Assembly (NCBI GenBank): GCA_963722385.1
Contig: CAVRKK010000002.1
Span: 704,001-768,000 of the forward strand
DNA length: 64,000 bases
Direction: 5' to 3'
Source of the DNA: an uncultured bacterium
GTDB lineage: Bacteria; Babelota; Babeliae; Babelales; Babelaceae
Within the stretch, counting starts at the first letter, position 1. Each line of letters starts with the position of its first letter. The translations under genes were made by a program, and so were the position numbers. The notes under the pieces are model-generated. The model worked only from the letters and a program-made list of their open reading frames with translations. It was not told where the DNA came from and searched no databases. This document shows positions 51,601 through 60,853 of the stretch, in pieces.

Positions 51601-51958
51601 CTCCTCCTGCTCCAACCTGGAATATGGTGACATCATTTGAGCCTGAATTAGCAGTAGCAAGATACAAGCTATCCGGTGAAAATGCTACTGACTGGGGATG
51701 GGATGAGCCAAGCGGTAATGTATACGAATTTTGGCTACTCGCCACGCCTCCCGTACCTACCGTAAATAATGTTACGCCATCTGAGCCACTGTTAGCTGTA
51801 GCTGCATAAGACCCATTAGGCGAAAAAGCTACTGAAATTGGATTTAATTGGGCAGACGAAGCATAACTTGTACCTGTCAGTCGGCAGAGCGCTTGCAACT
51901 GCGTAGCACATAAAACCAAGGTGCCTAATAAAAAATACTTAAGATAATAAGCAGACAT
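48647..51958 (-). CDS. 21-repeat beta-propeller membrane protein, paralog B
   Basis: Same architecture; C-terminal 7 repeats near-identical to paralog A. Confidence 0.9.
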   Translation of the reverse strand: MSAYYLKYFLLGTLVLCATQLQALCRLTGTSYASSAQLNPISVAFSPNGSYAATANSGSDGVTLFTVGTGGVASSQNSYTLPLGSSHPQSVAFSPDSLYLATANSGSNDVTIFQVGAGGVLSGAVSYVLPSGSSFPYSVTFSPDGSYLAIANIFSNDVTIFQIGVGGVLSGAVSYALPSGSNKPYSVTFSPDGSYLATANEGSNNVTIFQVGAGGVLSGAVSYALPSGSNTPYSVTFSPDGSYLATANEGSNNVTIFQVGAGGVLSGAVSYALPSGSSYPQSVAFSPDSSYLATANYSNGVTIFQVGAGGVLSGAVSYALPSGSSYPQSVAFSPDSSYLATANYSNDVTIFQVGAGGVLSGAVSYALPSGSSEPLSAAFSPDGSYLATANYYSANVTIFQVGAGGVLSGAVSYALPSGSIYPYSVAFSPDGSYLATADADSNNVIIFQVGAGGVLSGAVSYASPSGSSGPFSVAFSPDGSYLATANTASNNVTIFQVGAGGVLSGASTYALPSGSSRPYSVAFSPDGSYLATADADSNNVTIFQVGAGGVLSGAVSYASPSGSSGPFSVAFSPDGSYLATANYGSNDVTIFQVGAGGVLSGAVSYALPSGSSYPQSVAFSPNGSYLATANFNSSNVTVFQVGAGGILTRPASYALPGGYSASRSVAFSPNSLYLATANSNPYIVTIFNCGSFSSTFTSVSLPPGSKNPAAITFSNNEQHLATANQNSDDVTLFQVNSVNATKLLFPGVSYPLPIGSAGPVGITFSPNSTNLATANSNSSDVTLFKVSVGQLIGASSYALPGGSINPHAIAFSSDNNYLATANSGSNDVTVFNFVEGILNNPLSYRLPSNSTQPVALTFTPDNSHLVTANAQSSDVTLFKLTNGILSNGMSKPLPKISSVPSSVVSFVDTHENTVIVVANSGSDDITLFAIINGALSEGQSRQIAQGNAQPGSISLSADGSFLAASNSGSDTIALIEFSKDAVLGNRTTHILPGNSTYCVSIAFSPILSGTGNALLATANFYSDDVSISQIFGTSSTGGYSGDGSGSSTNIGIIVGPIIGGVGALTGVVVIGIAAYFAWKYFARHRGIGSVNYSPDVAPVGQEL

Positions 51959-51995
51959 AAACTACTCCCTATGCGATCTCTTTGAAATGACTTTC

Positions 51996-52024
51996 ATTCT
52001 AGAAAAGATTTTATTCAAAGTCAA
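51996..52024 (-). promoter_or_regulatory. Sigma70-like promoter
   Basis: TTGACT-17-TAGAAT. Confidence 0.65.
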
Positions 52025-52242
52025 AACTAAAGAATGGCAGGCCAGGGCCGCCTCATCTTGGATTGACAATAAATCCAAAGCGCTAGCTTGCCAAACAATG
52101 GCCGCGTCGTTTTCAACAAGCTGGCCGCTCTACTCTTAACGGTTGTGATATTTTCAGGAGCATATCCTTTGCGAATGCTACTCTCTTGATTTTACGAGAC
52201 TTCTTTCGGTATGGTAACGCTAATCCTTCTTTTAAGGAAACA

Positions 52243-53949
52243 ATGATGTATAAAAAAGCCTTATTATATCTTCTCTGCATCCTATGCGCACATAAACCTG
52301 TGCATGCGCAGAATCAAGAAGCTGCTTCAGCACAAGGTTGCTGCCCATCAAGTGGCCAACCACCCGCCTCATGCGGGCTGCTGACAAGCAGCTCCGATCT
52401 GAGTCGTGTGCACCGCTTAACCTGTGCACAATACGCAACCGCTCAGCTGTCACCCGATCAAACATTGCTCATCGAGAACTCCCCAACAACGAAAAACAGT
52501 ATCGCTTTTGCCGCAAAGCTCGCTGCTCAGCGCGGCCAAATTAGCACCACCCTTAAAGCACATGCCTACGTCAATCACCCAGCCGGCGGCGCCGTTTTTC
52601 CCAAAAATGGTGACCTGGCGGGAGCCCTTGATGCTGCTATTACTGCAATCCGAAACGCTGGAACAACTGTTCAAAAAGGCAACACGTTAAGCCGTTTTGT
52701 GCCGCTGTTTCGGAAGTTTCAGTTTATGGTGTTAACCGACCTCTACCATTACATAACCAGTATTTATACAACCTTTAACCTTATTCATAAAAATACCGTC
52801 CTCGGCTACGTCGTGGAGGAACCGACCGACGCGTTTAACAAAAAGTCACTTATTATTACGCACTTGCTGAACGTTATTCAAGACCAGATGTTCTTTATCT
52901 GCTCTTATCACCAACCCCTCGTTCCGAAGCATTTCGGGCTTAAAGCAGGCAGCTTGATGCTCCAGCACGATAACACCGCCGATCCTCTGTTCTTCATCGC
53001 CGATTTCACGCAACCGCTTTTTGCCGGCGACCTTGCTACCCAAGGGCAGAAAATAGCTCACGAAAATCTTAAAAAAACTCAAACAGTTTATCTCAATACG
53101 CTTAAGACCATACTTGCTTTCTTTGGCGCCTACGCTCACTATCTTTATGAGCCAGCTCCAGCTCCCGCGCTGCCGGGAGCAAATGCATTTTCCGTACTCG
53201 CTGAGCATATCAAGCAGCTTATGGAGAACAATCCTTTCAATCGTCGTACGCAAGAAATTGCCGCGAGCAATGCAACTTCTAAAGATAAAATAGACGCTCT
53301 GCGCGAAGCGCGAAAAAGCCTCGCACCAATCAATCCGCCCCTGCTCCATTACAATGATGCTTCACTACGCGCCTGTAAAGTGATTCCTGCCCTTGCTCGC
53401 GAGCTTCCCTTGCATGCCCAAACCGTCGGCTGGCCGGACCACTTAGTAAAAAGTGCACAAGCAGGCACGCAAGCAACAAGTCGTGGTGGTGAGCGCATGG
53501 GCTTTGTCATCGCTTACTTTGAAGACGCACAGCAGCGCAGAACACAAAACCTTGCAAGCGCCGTCAAGCTGTTTATTAATCTGCCAACCGTCAATGGCCC
53601 CTATGCGCAAGAAATCAAAAAGCAGCCTGAATGGCTCAACTCAACGCAAGGAATCATTGCAATGCTCGGCGCCTGCTTGGGCGATTACAGCACGTTAGTT
53701 GGCATGGATGTGCTTAGCCCCTGCACCGAACGTATCCTTTGCGCTGCCCTCGGACAAGCATGCTCAGGTCTTTCATCAGCGGGATGCCAAGCAGAAATGG
53801 CGCTTATTGAACAGACGCAGCAGCAATACATGCAGGCGCTCCAAGGAACCAAGCAGCCACCGCCACCACCGCCGCCGCCATCAACCAGTACCATCCCTCA
53901 GCAAGGGTTTGGGGCTCTCGGTCAGTATACAACACCATCGGGCTCATAG
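52243..53949 (+). CDS. Secreted hypothetical protein with poly-Pro tail
   Basis: AAGGA RBS, signal peptide ending VHA, QPPPPPPPPS. Confidence 0.75.
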   Translation: MMYKKALLYLLCILCAHKPVHAQNQEAASAQGCCPSSGQPPASCGLLTSSSDLSRVHRLTCAQYATAQLSPDQTLLIENSPTTKNSIAFAAKLAAQRGQISTTLKAHAYVNHPAGGAVFPKNGDLAGALDAAITAIRNAGTTVQKGNTLSRFVPLFRKFQFMVLTDLYHYITSIYTTFNLIHKNTVLGYVVEEPTDAFNKKSLIITHLLNVIQDQMFFICSYHQPLVPKHFGLKAGSLMLQHDNTADPLFFIADFTQPLFAGDLATQGQKIAHENLKKTQTVYLNTLKTILAFFGAYAHYLYEPAPAPALPGANAFSVLAEHIKQLMENNPFNRRTQEIAASNATSKDKIDALREARKSLAPINPPLLHYNDASLRACKVIPALARELPLHAQTVGWPDHLVKSAQAGTQATSRGGERMGFVIAYFEDAQQRRTQNLASAVKLFINLPTVNGPYAQEIKKQPEWLNSTQGIIAMLGACLGDYSTLVGMDVLSPCTERILCAALGQACSGLSSAGCQAEMALIEQTQQQYMQALQGTKQPPPPPPPPSTSTIPQQGFGALGQYTTPSGS

Positions 53950-53958
53950 GAGAATGCC

Positions 53959-55596
53959 ATGCGTATGCTCGTTATAGTGCTGTGTGCGATGATCGGATTA
54001 CCGAGTTTGGCTACACGTGCCCAAATAAGACAGCAATTCATCGATCTTCTTACCAGCATGCCCGCCAAAGACCAAACGGCAGCGCTGGTCGCCGTGCTTG
54101 ATGAAATGCATACAGAGCTTAAAACCAAAGCGCCAGGCGAGCATTATAAATACCTGCTGCTCAAAAAGCAGCTCGACCACTGTACTCCCCTGATAGAAAA
54201 TATGACCAAGCGCTACCAGCCGAGCGATGGTCCATTGTCATCTAAAGCGCAGCAGCTTAAGTATGTTATTAGTAAGGCGCTCAGACAAGAACGCATGCTC
54301 CTTGCCCGCGAGCGTGATATACGTAAAGCGGATCAAGTGGGGAAGTTTTGGCAACGCTTTGCTGCGCTACGCGACGATCTCAGCCAAAGCGTAACACCCC
54401 AAAACTTCATCATCGATATGCTTATCAACATTATTATCGTATCGGGTGAGTCATATGCCCAAGAGCTCTTTAGCGCAGAAGATAAAGCTGAAGAGGATAC
54501 GCTCACCGGTAAAATAAAAAAGGTACAGCAACAGTTTAAAGATACTCAAAACCAGATGAAGCAAAAGACCGGTCAGCTTATCAAAAACTTGAGCAAAGAC
54601 TTTTCAACACAGGCGCAAAACATAAAGAAAACCCTCGGTTATGCGCAAGAGCAATTTGCCCAAGAAGTAACGTATGTGCAGCGGATGATCAACCTGAGTA
54701 TGCCGCCCCTGCGCTTTATCGTTGATGGCATACCGGGTGACCTTTTTTTCAAAGCAGCCCCTATGAAAGTTCCCGGCAATTACCCATGGTACAACGTTTA
54801 CCAGATTCCCGATTGGGCATTTGATCCCGTAAGTGCAAGCTTTATCCAGCGCGGTGCGTTTGCCTATGACCTTGCCTCAAAAAATATTGTCCAGGCAACA
54901 CCCGGCGCACCAGCAGGCACGATCCATCAGGTGCTCGCAGACCCGGGACAATGGCGCGATGCATCGAATAACGTCAGCACCGTCTATGCGGAGCAAAACC
55001 AGATTTTTACCGAGTATTTCACCAATAAAAGCTCGTATCAAGTCCAGGCCGAAATTACGCTCATCAACGTTGCCTACCCTTTTTGCGCTGGCATTATATT
55101 TAATCGTGCGCGCTGGCTTGCCGGTAGTCTCGACCGTGCTTCAACGTATCGCCTTGTCGGCCTTTATGGTACCCAACAAAATAGTACACCGAAGGTAGGG
55201 CTTTACCTGGGCCAAACAAGCTTTCAGTCGCTTGGCGGCGTTCTTCCGGTGGCAACATCGCCTCTCCATGCCATCGCTGCTGGAACAAGCGCTCCCTTAT
55301 ATACCTTCGCGCCAAGCGATGCCGCGAACCTGGGCAAGGACCCGGTTGTTTTTCGCATCACGCTGGTGACGCAAGAGCTGTCAGTCTACGTATCACTTGA
55401 GAAAAAAACGGGGACTACCTGGCAAAATCTTTATAGCGGCTCAGTTGCCAATTTTGACCCGGCCGAGAGCAAACTGGTCTTCTGGTATCACGGTATCGGT
55501 TTCATGGCACCAGGCTGCCAGGCATCTTTTAAGATCATCGCACCGCCAGATTTAGCTTTTAGCTCAACCAAGCAACCACGGGGAAGCACGCCATGA
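53959..55596 (+). CDS. Secreted coiled-coil plus beta-sandwich protein
   Basis: AGGAG RBS, signal peptide, helical N-half and beta-rich C-half. Confidence 0.75.
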   Translation: MRMLVIVLCAMIGLPSLATRAQIRQQFIDLLTSMPAKDQTAALVAVLDEMHTELKTKAPGEHYKYLLLKKQLDHCTPLIENMTKRYQPSDGPLSSKAQQLKYVISKALRQERMLLARERDIRKADQVGKFWQRFAALRDDLSQSVTPQNFIIDMLINIIIVSGESYAQELFSAEDKAEEDTLTGKIKKVQQQFKDTQNQMKQKTGQLIKNLSKDFSTQAQNIKKTLGYAQEQFAQEVTYVQRMINLSMPPLRFIVDGIPGDLFFKAAPMKVPGNYPWYNVYQIPDWAFDPVSASFIQRGAFAYDLASKNIVQATPGAPAGTIHQVLADPGQWRDASNNVSTVYAEQNQIFTEYFTNKSSYQVQAEITLINVAYPFCAGIIFNRARWLAGSLDRASTYRLVGLYGTQQNSTPKVGLYLGQTSFQSLGGVLPVATSPLHAIAAGTSAPLYTFAPSDAANLGKDPVVFRITLVTQELSVYVSLEKKTGTTWQNLYSGSVANFDPAESKLVFWYHGIGFMAPGCQASFKIIAPPDLAFSSTKQPRGSTP

Positions 55597-58500
55597 ACAG
55601 CCCACGCTTTCTTACCATAACTTTTTCTCTGCTTTGTGGCTCATGGTGCTTTGCCACGGATGCACCTCCAAAGAGCTTGGCTCATGTCATCAAAGAAACA
55701 CAGAAAAATGCGAAAACACAATCAAGTGGCCTGCAAGAAGCTGCTCAGCGCTTTATTTTTGCCGCATGGCCTGAGTACCCAAACCCGAGCCTCAGCGTTA
55801 CCAATCCTCCGCTCTACCCAACGCCATCAAGCAACCAAAAAGCAGTTACCAGCCTCTTCGGAGCTTCAGGGCTCCAGGTCGATGCGACCCTGCTCTCTTA
55901 TGTTCAAGCATTTTACTTTTATTTTGAATACTGCGTAAAGCGCGAGCACGCTGCCCAGCTCATAACGCTCGCCCAGCAGGCCAAAATTCCTTATGAGCAC
56001 ATCCTTGCACATGGCAGTTGGGACGAGCTTATGCAAGCGGTTGATCGCCAACGAAAAGGCGGTATCGTCTTTGGCAGCATAACACCCACCCAGGATGCAT
56101 GGGAAAGCCTAAGCAGCTTGCTTTCGATCACCTTTGAGCGAGAAAAGAAAGACCTGGGACAATTTTGGCAACTTATAACAACGACGTCTTTTTGGCGGGC
56201 ATTTCCCGTCACCAACCAGGACCTTGCCGCCTCATTGCTCTGGCAGGACTACCTCAAAACGATGGTTACCAATAGCTTCGTCCTTGATAGTCAGTTTTTG
56301 CAGATGCGGCACGCTAACGAGCAGCAACTCTTCCGCTATATTCCTTACTTGGAAACAGCCTACTACTTAGATGACTTTACCCAACAGCGCTATACTGCCG
56401 AATTAACTCAACTGGCGCTTCTGCTTAACGAAAACACACGCAAGCACTTCCTTGCACAATCACGCGACTGGGGTTCGCTCACGCAGGCTAAGACCAAAGA
56501 GTACGACTACCAAGCAATCGTAAAAGCTGCCGAGTGCTTCCAGCAATCCCCATTCTATCGCGTAATGCAAACACTCAGCCAGCCGACCTGCCAGCCAACA
56601 ACTGGCTGTGACCCCGCCTGCGATCCCACGTGCTCGTCGGCCAAAAAACCCGTTATAACGTGCAAAGAGAGCCCCTTCATCAAAAAAAAGGATGGTACGA
56701 TCGGCTTTCAGCATATTACGCTTCCTGCCCCTTATAAGCACGAGATGCTTTTCTTAAGCATGGCCATCACCCTGCAAACGTTAACCTATTACCTTTTCCA
56801 AGGTGAAAATCTTGCGCGCACGATGGCGGTACTTGCCAAAGACAAAAGCTCTTTTCCTTCAATTTTACTCTATCAAGCGACCGATGCTCTCTATCTTCAA
56901 GATTGGTCCGCTTTATCAGCGTCGCTTCCGACGGCAGCAGAAAATAACCTGCTTGCACAACAAGCAAACCGGCTGGGCGGGACATCGCCTAAGCCGAAAT
57001 CCGACAACGAGGCAGTTACCCCACAGGGATTTGTTGATTGGCTGGAGCACACGGGAAGCAAGGTAATTGGCGGGATCGAAAAGGTCGGCGGCGATATCTA
57101 TGCTACGGCAAAAGACGTCGCAGAAATAGCAAAAGATGAGGCCCAGGTCTTTTATTATCAGTCAGGCATGGCGGGCATTCTTCAAAACATGCCGCCAAAA
57201 GAAGCTCAAGAAATGGCAGAAACCTACAAAGACGCGGTAAGTGAGGACTTTAAAAACTTTGGCAAGGATGTTACCCACTTGGTCACCAATGTTGTCAAAC
57301 TGGCAACAACGGGAGCTGGCTCCCCGCTTGATCTTGTCTTGAAAGGCATCGGGGCTGTTTTAAATGACCCGAGCTTAAGCGTCGACTACGAACATATGCT
57401 CGATTCGGTAGCTGATGCGCTGGGAACTTTGATTGGCAGTAGCCTCGAGCTCGTAGGCGATGTGGCAACGCGCCTTAATACCGATGCCATTATACTGATT
57501 GCTGACGCGATCGTCGTGGTGGCAACAGCGGGGACGCATGGTACCGGCGCTGCCTTCATCAACGACTGGAAATTTATTGGCCGCGACATCGTTATATCAC
57601 TCTTAGAGACCGTCGTTATTGGTTTGGGAGCGATTAAAACCATCATCAAAGACCTGATCCAAGCGGTTGGTTATTTGATAAAGCTTATGACCGACGCGAT
57701 TATTGACCTCGGCGCCGGTGTTGCGGCCGTATTAAATCCCGCTGCCTGGCTCCAAGCGGGCGGGGTTGCCAACTATTATCATCAGTATCAGGCTGAGCTT
57801 GATACCCACAAGGAGCTCATTTCACAAATGGTAACCGTTGGCCTCTTGGTAGGCGTTACCATCGCGACAGGCGGGACGGGCGTATGGCTTGCCGTCGGCC
57901 TCGGCGCAACGCTGGCATTTGGCAGCTTCATGATCATGAGCGGGGCTCAGCAAGACACCGAAATAGCGGATGTTAAACAAGAAATAGCGCAGTATCTTGA
58001 CACGTTCACCATCTGGACGCGCAACCAAGAAATTGTTGGCACGTTCATGCAGAGTAGCCTTGTTGAAGAAGTCAAAGAGGAATTAAATGCTGAAATAAGC
58101 AATAAACAAATAGGTCTTGGATTTTACGAAAATTACTTTAACGAAACTTTTCGTGTCTTTGGCGAGCAGCAGAGCATGGCTTTAGGCGCTTACCAGAAAC
58201 AGCTGCTCAAAAAAGATGCCTATGGTATGATTGCCGACGATGTAGGCACCATGTATGGTCATATCACCGGATGGCTGAACTGGAACCCTTCGCAAGGACT
58301 TGCCCTCTATGAGCCTTGCCGTGGACACTTTGCGCAGGAGATTGCGCAGATTCCGGCAACCTTTACGAGCACTGACCAGGCAACAGGACAGCAGATGAGC
58401 GTCCCTCGCTTTTGGTTCTTGCAAAGCTTGACCAAAGATTTCGAACGCTCACCGGCAAGCGCGCTTGTTTTCGAAGCGCGGCTCCGTCCTCTTTATCTTT

Positions 58501-59948
58501 TGGACCAGTTCTATGTCGGTATCGGTATTGGTGGTGTACCGGTCGACGCCCAAGCTATTGCTCAATACAAGGGTACGATTGATCGGTATAATCATGCTAA
58601 GATGATCATCGTTAAAAAAGAGCAGGCAGGCAAACCGCCATCACTTGGCGTTTACGAGCATGAGGTAGGATCAGGTAAGGCCGGCTGGGTAGCGTCACAG
58701 CAAGCGCCTGCGTTCACGCCAGGAACATGGTATCGCTTCCGCGCAACCTTACAGGGGAGCTCCCTCGGAATACAGGTTTGGCCAGAAGGAGATTCCGCGC
58801 CATCACCAACCACGGTGCACGTGACACCATTGCCAAGCGTTGATGTGCAAAAGAGGCCTATCACGCGTGTTCCTTTCAGCGTTATATTTTCTGGGGCGTC
58901 AATTGAGTTTGATTGTGTCAATCCCGATGAGCGAAAGGCCATCACGGCCGTATCGAGCATTTATACTGGCGGCCCATCAAGCACCGAGGTGGCGCGTGAA
59001 AAAGTACAACAAGCCACCTATGAGCAGATAAGCAAGCCAACCTTTAATAAGATAAGCGACCTTGCACCAGCTTCGCCCTCGGAGCTTATTAAGGGACACT
59101 ACATTTACACAACACAGCAAACTAATATTGACGAGGCAAGTCAGCACAAAGTAACGACTGACTATGTTGCCTTTGCAGCACTTGCTCAGGAGCCCGCACA
59201 AGCTACTTCGATTGGTATGAGCCCGTTGGGAATTTTGGGGACACCACCAAACGCCCTCGTAAGTTTAGTGACCAATAAAGTGGTGAGCGGTCAAGCCCCA
59301 TTCTATCAAAATGCGATGTGGTCACAGTATGTGAGTCAAAATCAGGCAGCACAGAGTCCCGTTGGTCCAACGCTTATAGCACGTATCGATGATGCTCGTC
59401 ATGCCTATGCGACCTCACTTATGGGACAGCAAACGGTTGGAGCGTTTACGGTGACAGGCGTTAGCCTTGAGGCCATGCTTGCGGGGCAATATGTATATGC
59501 AACAATGATTAATAATCTTCCTGATTATGTTATTATGGCAACACTTGATGATCAGAACTTTGTTACTCTGTATGGCATGCCGTATGATCCATCAAATAAG
59601 CAGATCATTAATGGTCTTGTGAGCTTAGTCACGACGCAAATATACACGCTTAAGAGCACAATGCCAACATCAAATTTGGTATCAAACGCTATAACGCTTT
59701 TCACGGACACCTATGGCAATCTGCTACCCGATATCCAAGCAATGATTACCAAAGCGGCCGCTGCGCAGAAAAAGGCTGCAGGAACACCACAGCCTACCAA
59801 ACCAGCAACCGGAGCACCAACAACACCGACCAATATATCGCATACCGGCGCCCCATCGTATGGCAGTGCCGTTCCCGCCATTGGCCAATCATCGGGGAGC
59901 TTGAATCAGCAGCAACAAGATGCAAGCTCCGACACCGGCTGGGGTTAA
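55593..59948 (+). CDS. Large secreted protein with hydrophobic translocator-like segment
   Basis: ATGA overlap with upstream gene, signal peptide, VGLLVGVTIATGGTGVWLAVGLG segment. Confidence 0.78.
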   Translation: MNSPRFLTITFSLLCGSWCFATDAPPKSLAHVIKETQKNAKTQSSGLQEAAQRFIFAAWPEYPNPSLSVTNPPLYPTPSSNQKAVTSLFGASGLQVDATLLSYVQAFYFYFEYCVKREHAAQLITLAQQAKIPYEHILAHGSWDELMQAVDRQRKGGIVFGSITPTQDAWESLSSLLSITFEREKKDLGQFWQLITTTSFWRAFPVTNQDLAASLLWQDYLKTMVTNSFVLDSQFLQMRHANEQQLFRYIPYLETAYYLDDFTQQRYTAELTQLALLLNENTRKHFLAQSRDWGSLTQAKTKEYDYQAIVKAAECFQQSPFYRVMQTLSQPTCQPTTGCDPACDPTCSSAKKPVITCKESPFIKKKDGTIGFQHITLPAPYKHEMLFLSMAITLQTLTYYLFQGENLARTMAVLAKDKSSFPSILLYQATDALYLQDWSALSASLPTAAENNLLAQQANRLGGTSPKPKSDNEAVTPQGFVDWLEHTGSKVIGGIEKVGGDIYATAKDVAEIAKDEAQVFYYQSGMAGILQNMPPKEAQEMAETYKDAVSEDFKNFGKDVTHLVTNVVKLATTGAGSPLDLVLKGIGAVLNDPSLSVDYEHMLDSVADALGTLIGSSLELVGDVATRLNTDAIILIADAIVVVATAGTHGTGAAFINDWKFIGRDIVISLLETVVIGLGAIKTIIKDLIQAVGYLIKLMTDAIIDLGAGVAAVLNPAAWLQAGGVANYYHQYQAELDTHKELISQMVTVGLLVGVTIATGGTGVWLAVGLGATLAFGSFMIMSGAQQDTEIADVKQEIAQYLDTFTIWTRNQEIVGTFMQSSLVEEVKEELNAEISNKQIGLGFYENYFNETFRVFGEQQSMALGAYQKQLLKKDAYGMIADDVGTMYGHITGWLNWNPSQGLALYEPCRGHFAQEIAQIPATFTSTDQATGQQMSVPRFWFLQSLTKDFERSPASALVFEARLRPLYLLDQFYVGIGIGGVPVDAQAIAQYKGTIDRYNHAKMIIVKKEQAGKPPSLGVYEHEVGSGKAGWVASQQAPAFTPGTWYRFRATLQGSSLGIQVWPEGDSAPSPTTVHVTPLPSVDVQKRPITRVPFSVIFSGASIEFDCVNPDERKAITAVSSIYTGGPSSTEVAREKVQQATYEQISKPTFNKISDLAPASPSELIKGHYIYTTQQTNIDEASQHKVTTDYVAFAALAQEPAQATSIGMSPLGILGTPPNALVSLVTNKVVSGQAPFYQNAMWSQYVSQNQAAQSPVGPTLIARIDDARHAYATSLMGQQTVGAFTVTGVSLEAMLAGQYVYATMINNLPDYVIMATLDDQNFVTLYGMPYDPSNKQIINGLVSLVTTQIYTLKSTMPTSNLVSNAITLFTDTYGNLLPDIQAMITKAAAAQKKAAGTPQPTKPATGAPTTPTNISHTGAPSYGSAVPAIGQSSGSLNQQQQDASSDTGWG

Positions 59949-60799
59949 GTATGCTTTCGATGCGCAAGCGCTGCGTTAACGAAAAGCTCATATTCTTGGT
60001 TGACGGGCACTTCCTTATCGCCCATGCCAATTTCAGCTAATACACCATTGAGCACTTTTACCGCTTCCTTGTATTCGTCCCAACTTTGGGAAAGCTGGTT
60101 AACGGCTGCCGGCGGCAAGGCTTCTTCGTGAGATGGCTCGTAGATTGATTCTCTGTACGTATCGTAGTCTCTGAGCAATTTTTCTTCGCTATGCAGATAC
60201 GCTATCAGCGCGGTTTTAAGCTTATCAAGGTGAGCGATTGTTTCAGCCGAAGGCGCTGATACCGGTTTTTCACCTTCTTTGCCTCCCAAATGACCGCGTA
60301 TAGTATGTATCTTTTTGCTTAACTCTTCAAGCGCTGCTAAAAGTTCAGGGTCAAGTTCCTTGCCTTCTTTTTTGGCTTGTTCGATTTTAGCGTTTATTTC
60401 ATCGATCTGACGAGTAATCATAATTATTTGGGCGGCCAGCGACGTCGTTTCTCGACTTGGCGGCGCTTTCTTAAACTCCTGGAGAAGCTTGTTCATTTGT
60501 GCTTCTAAAGCAAAAACTCTGTTTTCCACATCTTTCCCGCGCCCCCGTTGTCTTCTTCTGAACTTACCCATTCTTTCGCGCTGCCGCCGCCTAAAGGTTT
60601 TCATGCGCTTACGCTGTCTGCGTTTAAATTTATGGTCGGCTTTTTTATGGTCGGCTTTTCGCGGCTTGATGACGTGCACCGTAACTGCTACATCAACAGG
60701 AATTCTTATTCTTTTTCTCTCTCTTCTTCGCTCGTGCGCACCAGCGTTACTCATAATAGTGAGGCATATAAACAAAAAGAGAAGCTTGCGGTATTCCAT
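59945..60799 (-). CDS. Secreted Arg-rich coiled-coil protein
   Basis: Signal peptide followed by repeated FRRRQR-like units. Confidence 0.75.
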   Translation of the reverse strand: MEYRKLLFLFICLTIMSNAGAHERRRERKRIRIPVDVAVTVHVIKPRKADHKKADHKFKRRQRKRMKTFRRRQRERMGKFRRRQRGRGKDVENRVFALEAQMNKLLQEFKKAPPSRETTSLAAQIIMITRQIDEINAKIEQAKKEGKELDPELLAALEELSKKIHTIRGHLGGKEGEKPVSAPSAETIAHLDKLKTALIAYLHSEEKLLRDYDTYRESIYEPSHEEALPPAAVNQLSQSWDEYKEAVKVLNGVLAEIGMGDKEVPVNQEYELFVNAALAHRKHT

Positions 60800-60818
60800 G
60801 ATACATCCTTTTTAAAGC

Positions 60819-60846
60819 AGGTGCATAGAGATTTCCCTATGCACCT
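60819..60846 (-). terminator. Stem-loop
   Basis: AGGTGCATAG...CTATGCACCT. Confidence 0.55.
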
Positions 60847-60853
60847 TTTAACA

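Noticed and set aside
45192..51958. CRISPR array or DGR explanation for the ~144-bp repeats
   Set aside because: Repeats are in-frame coding units with no spacers; no cas or reverse transcriptase gene is in the window, and variation is not adenine-specific
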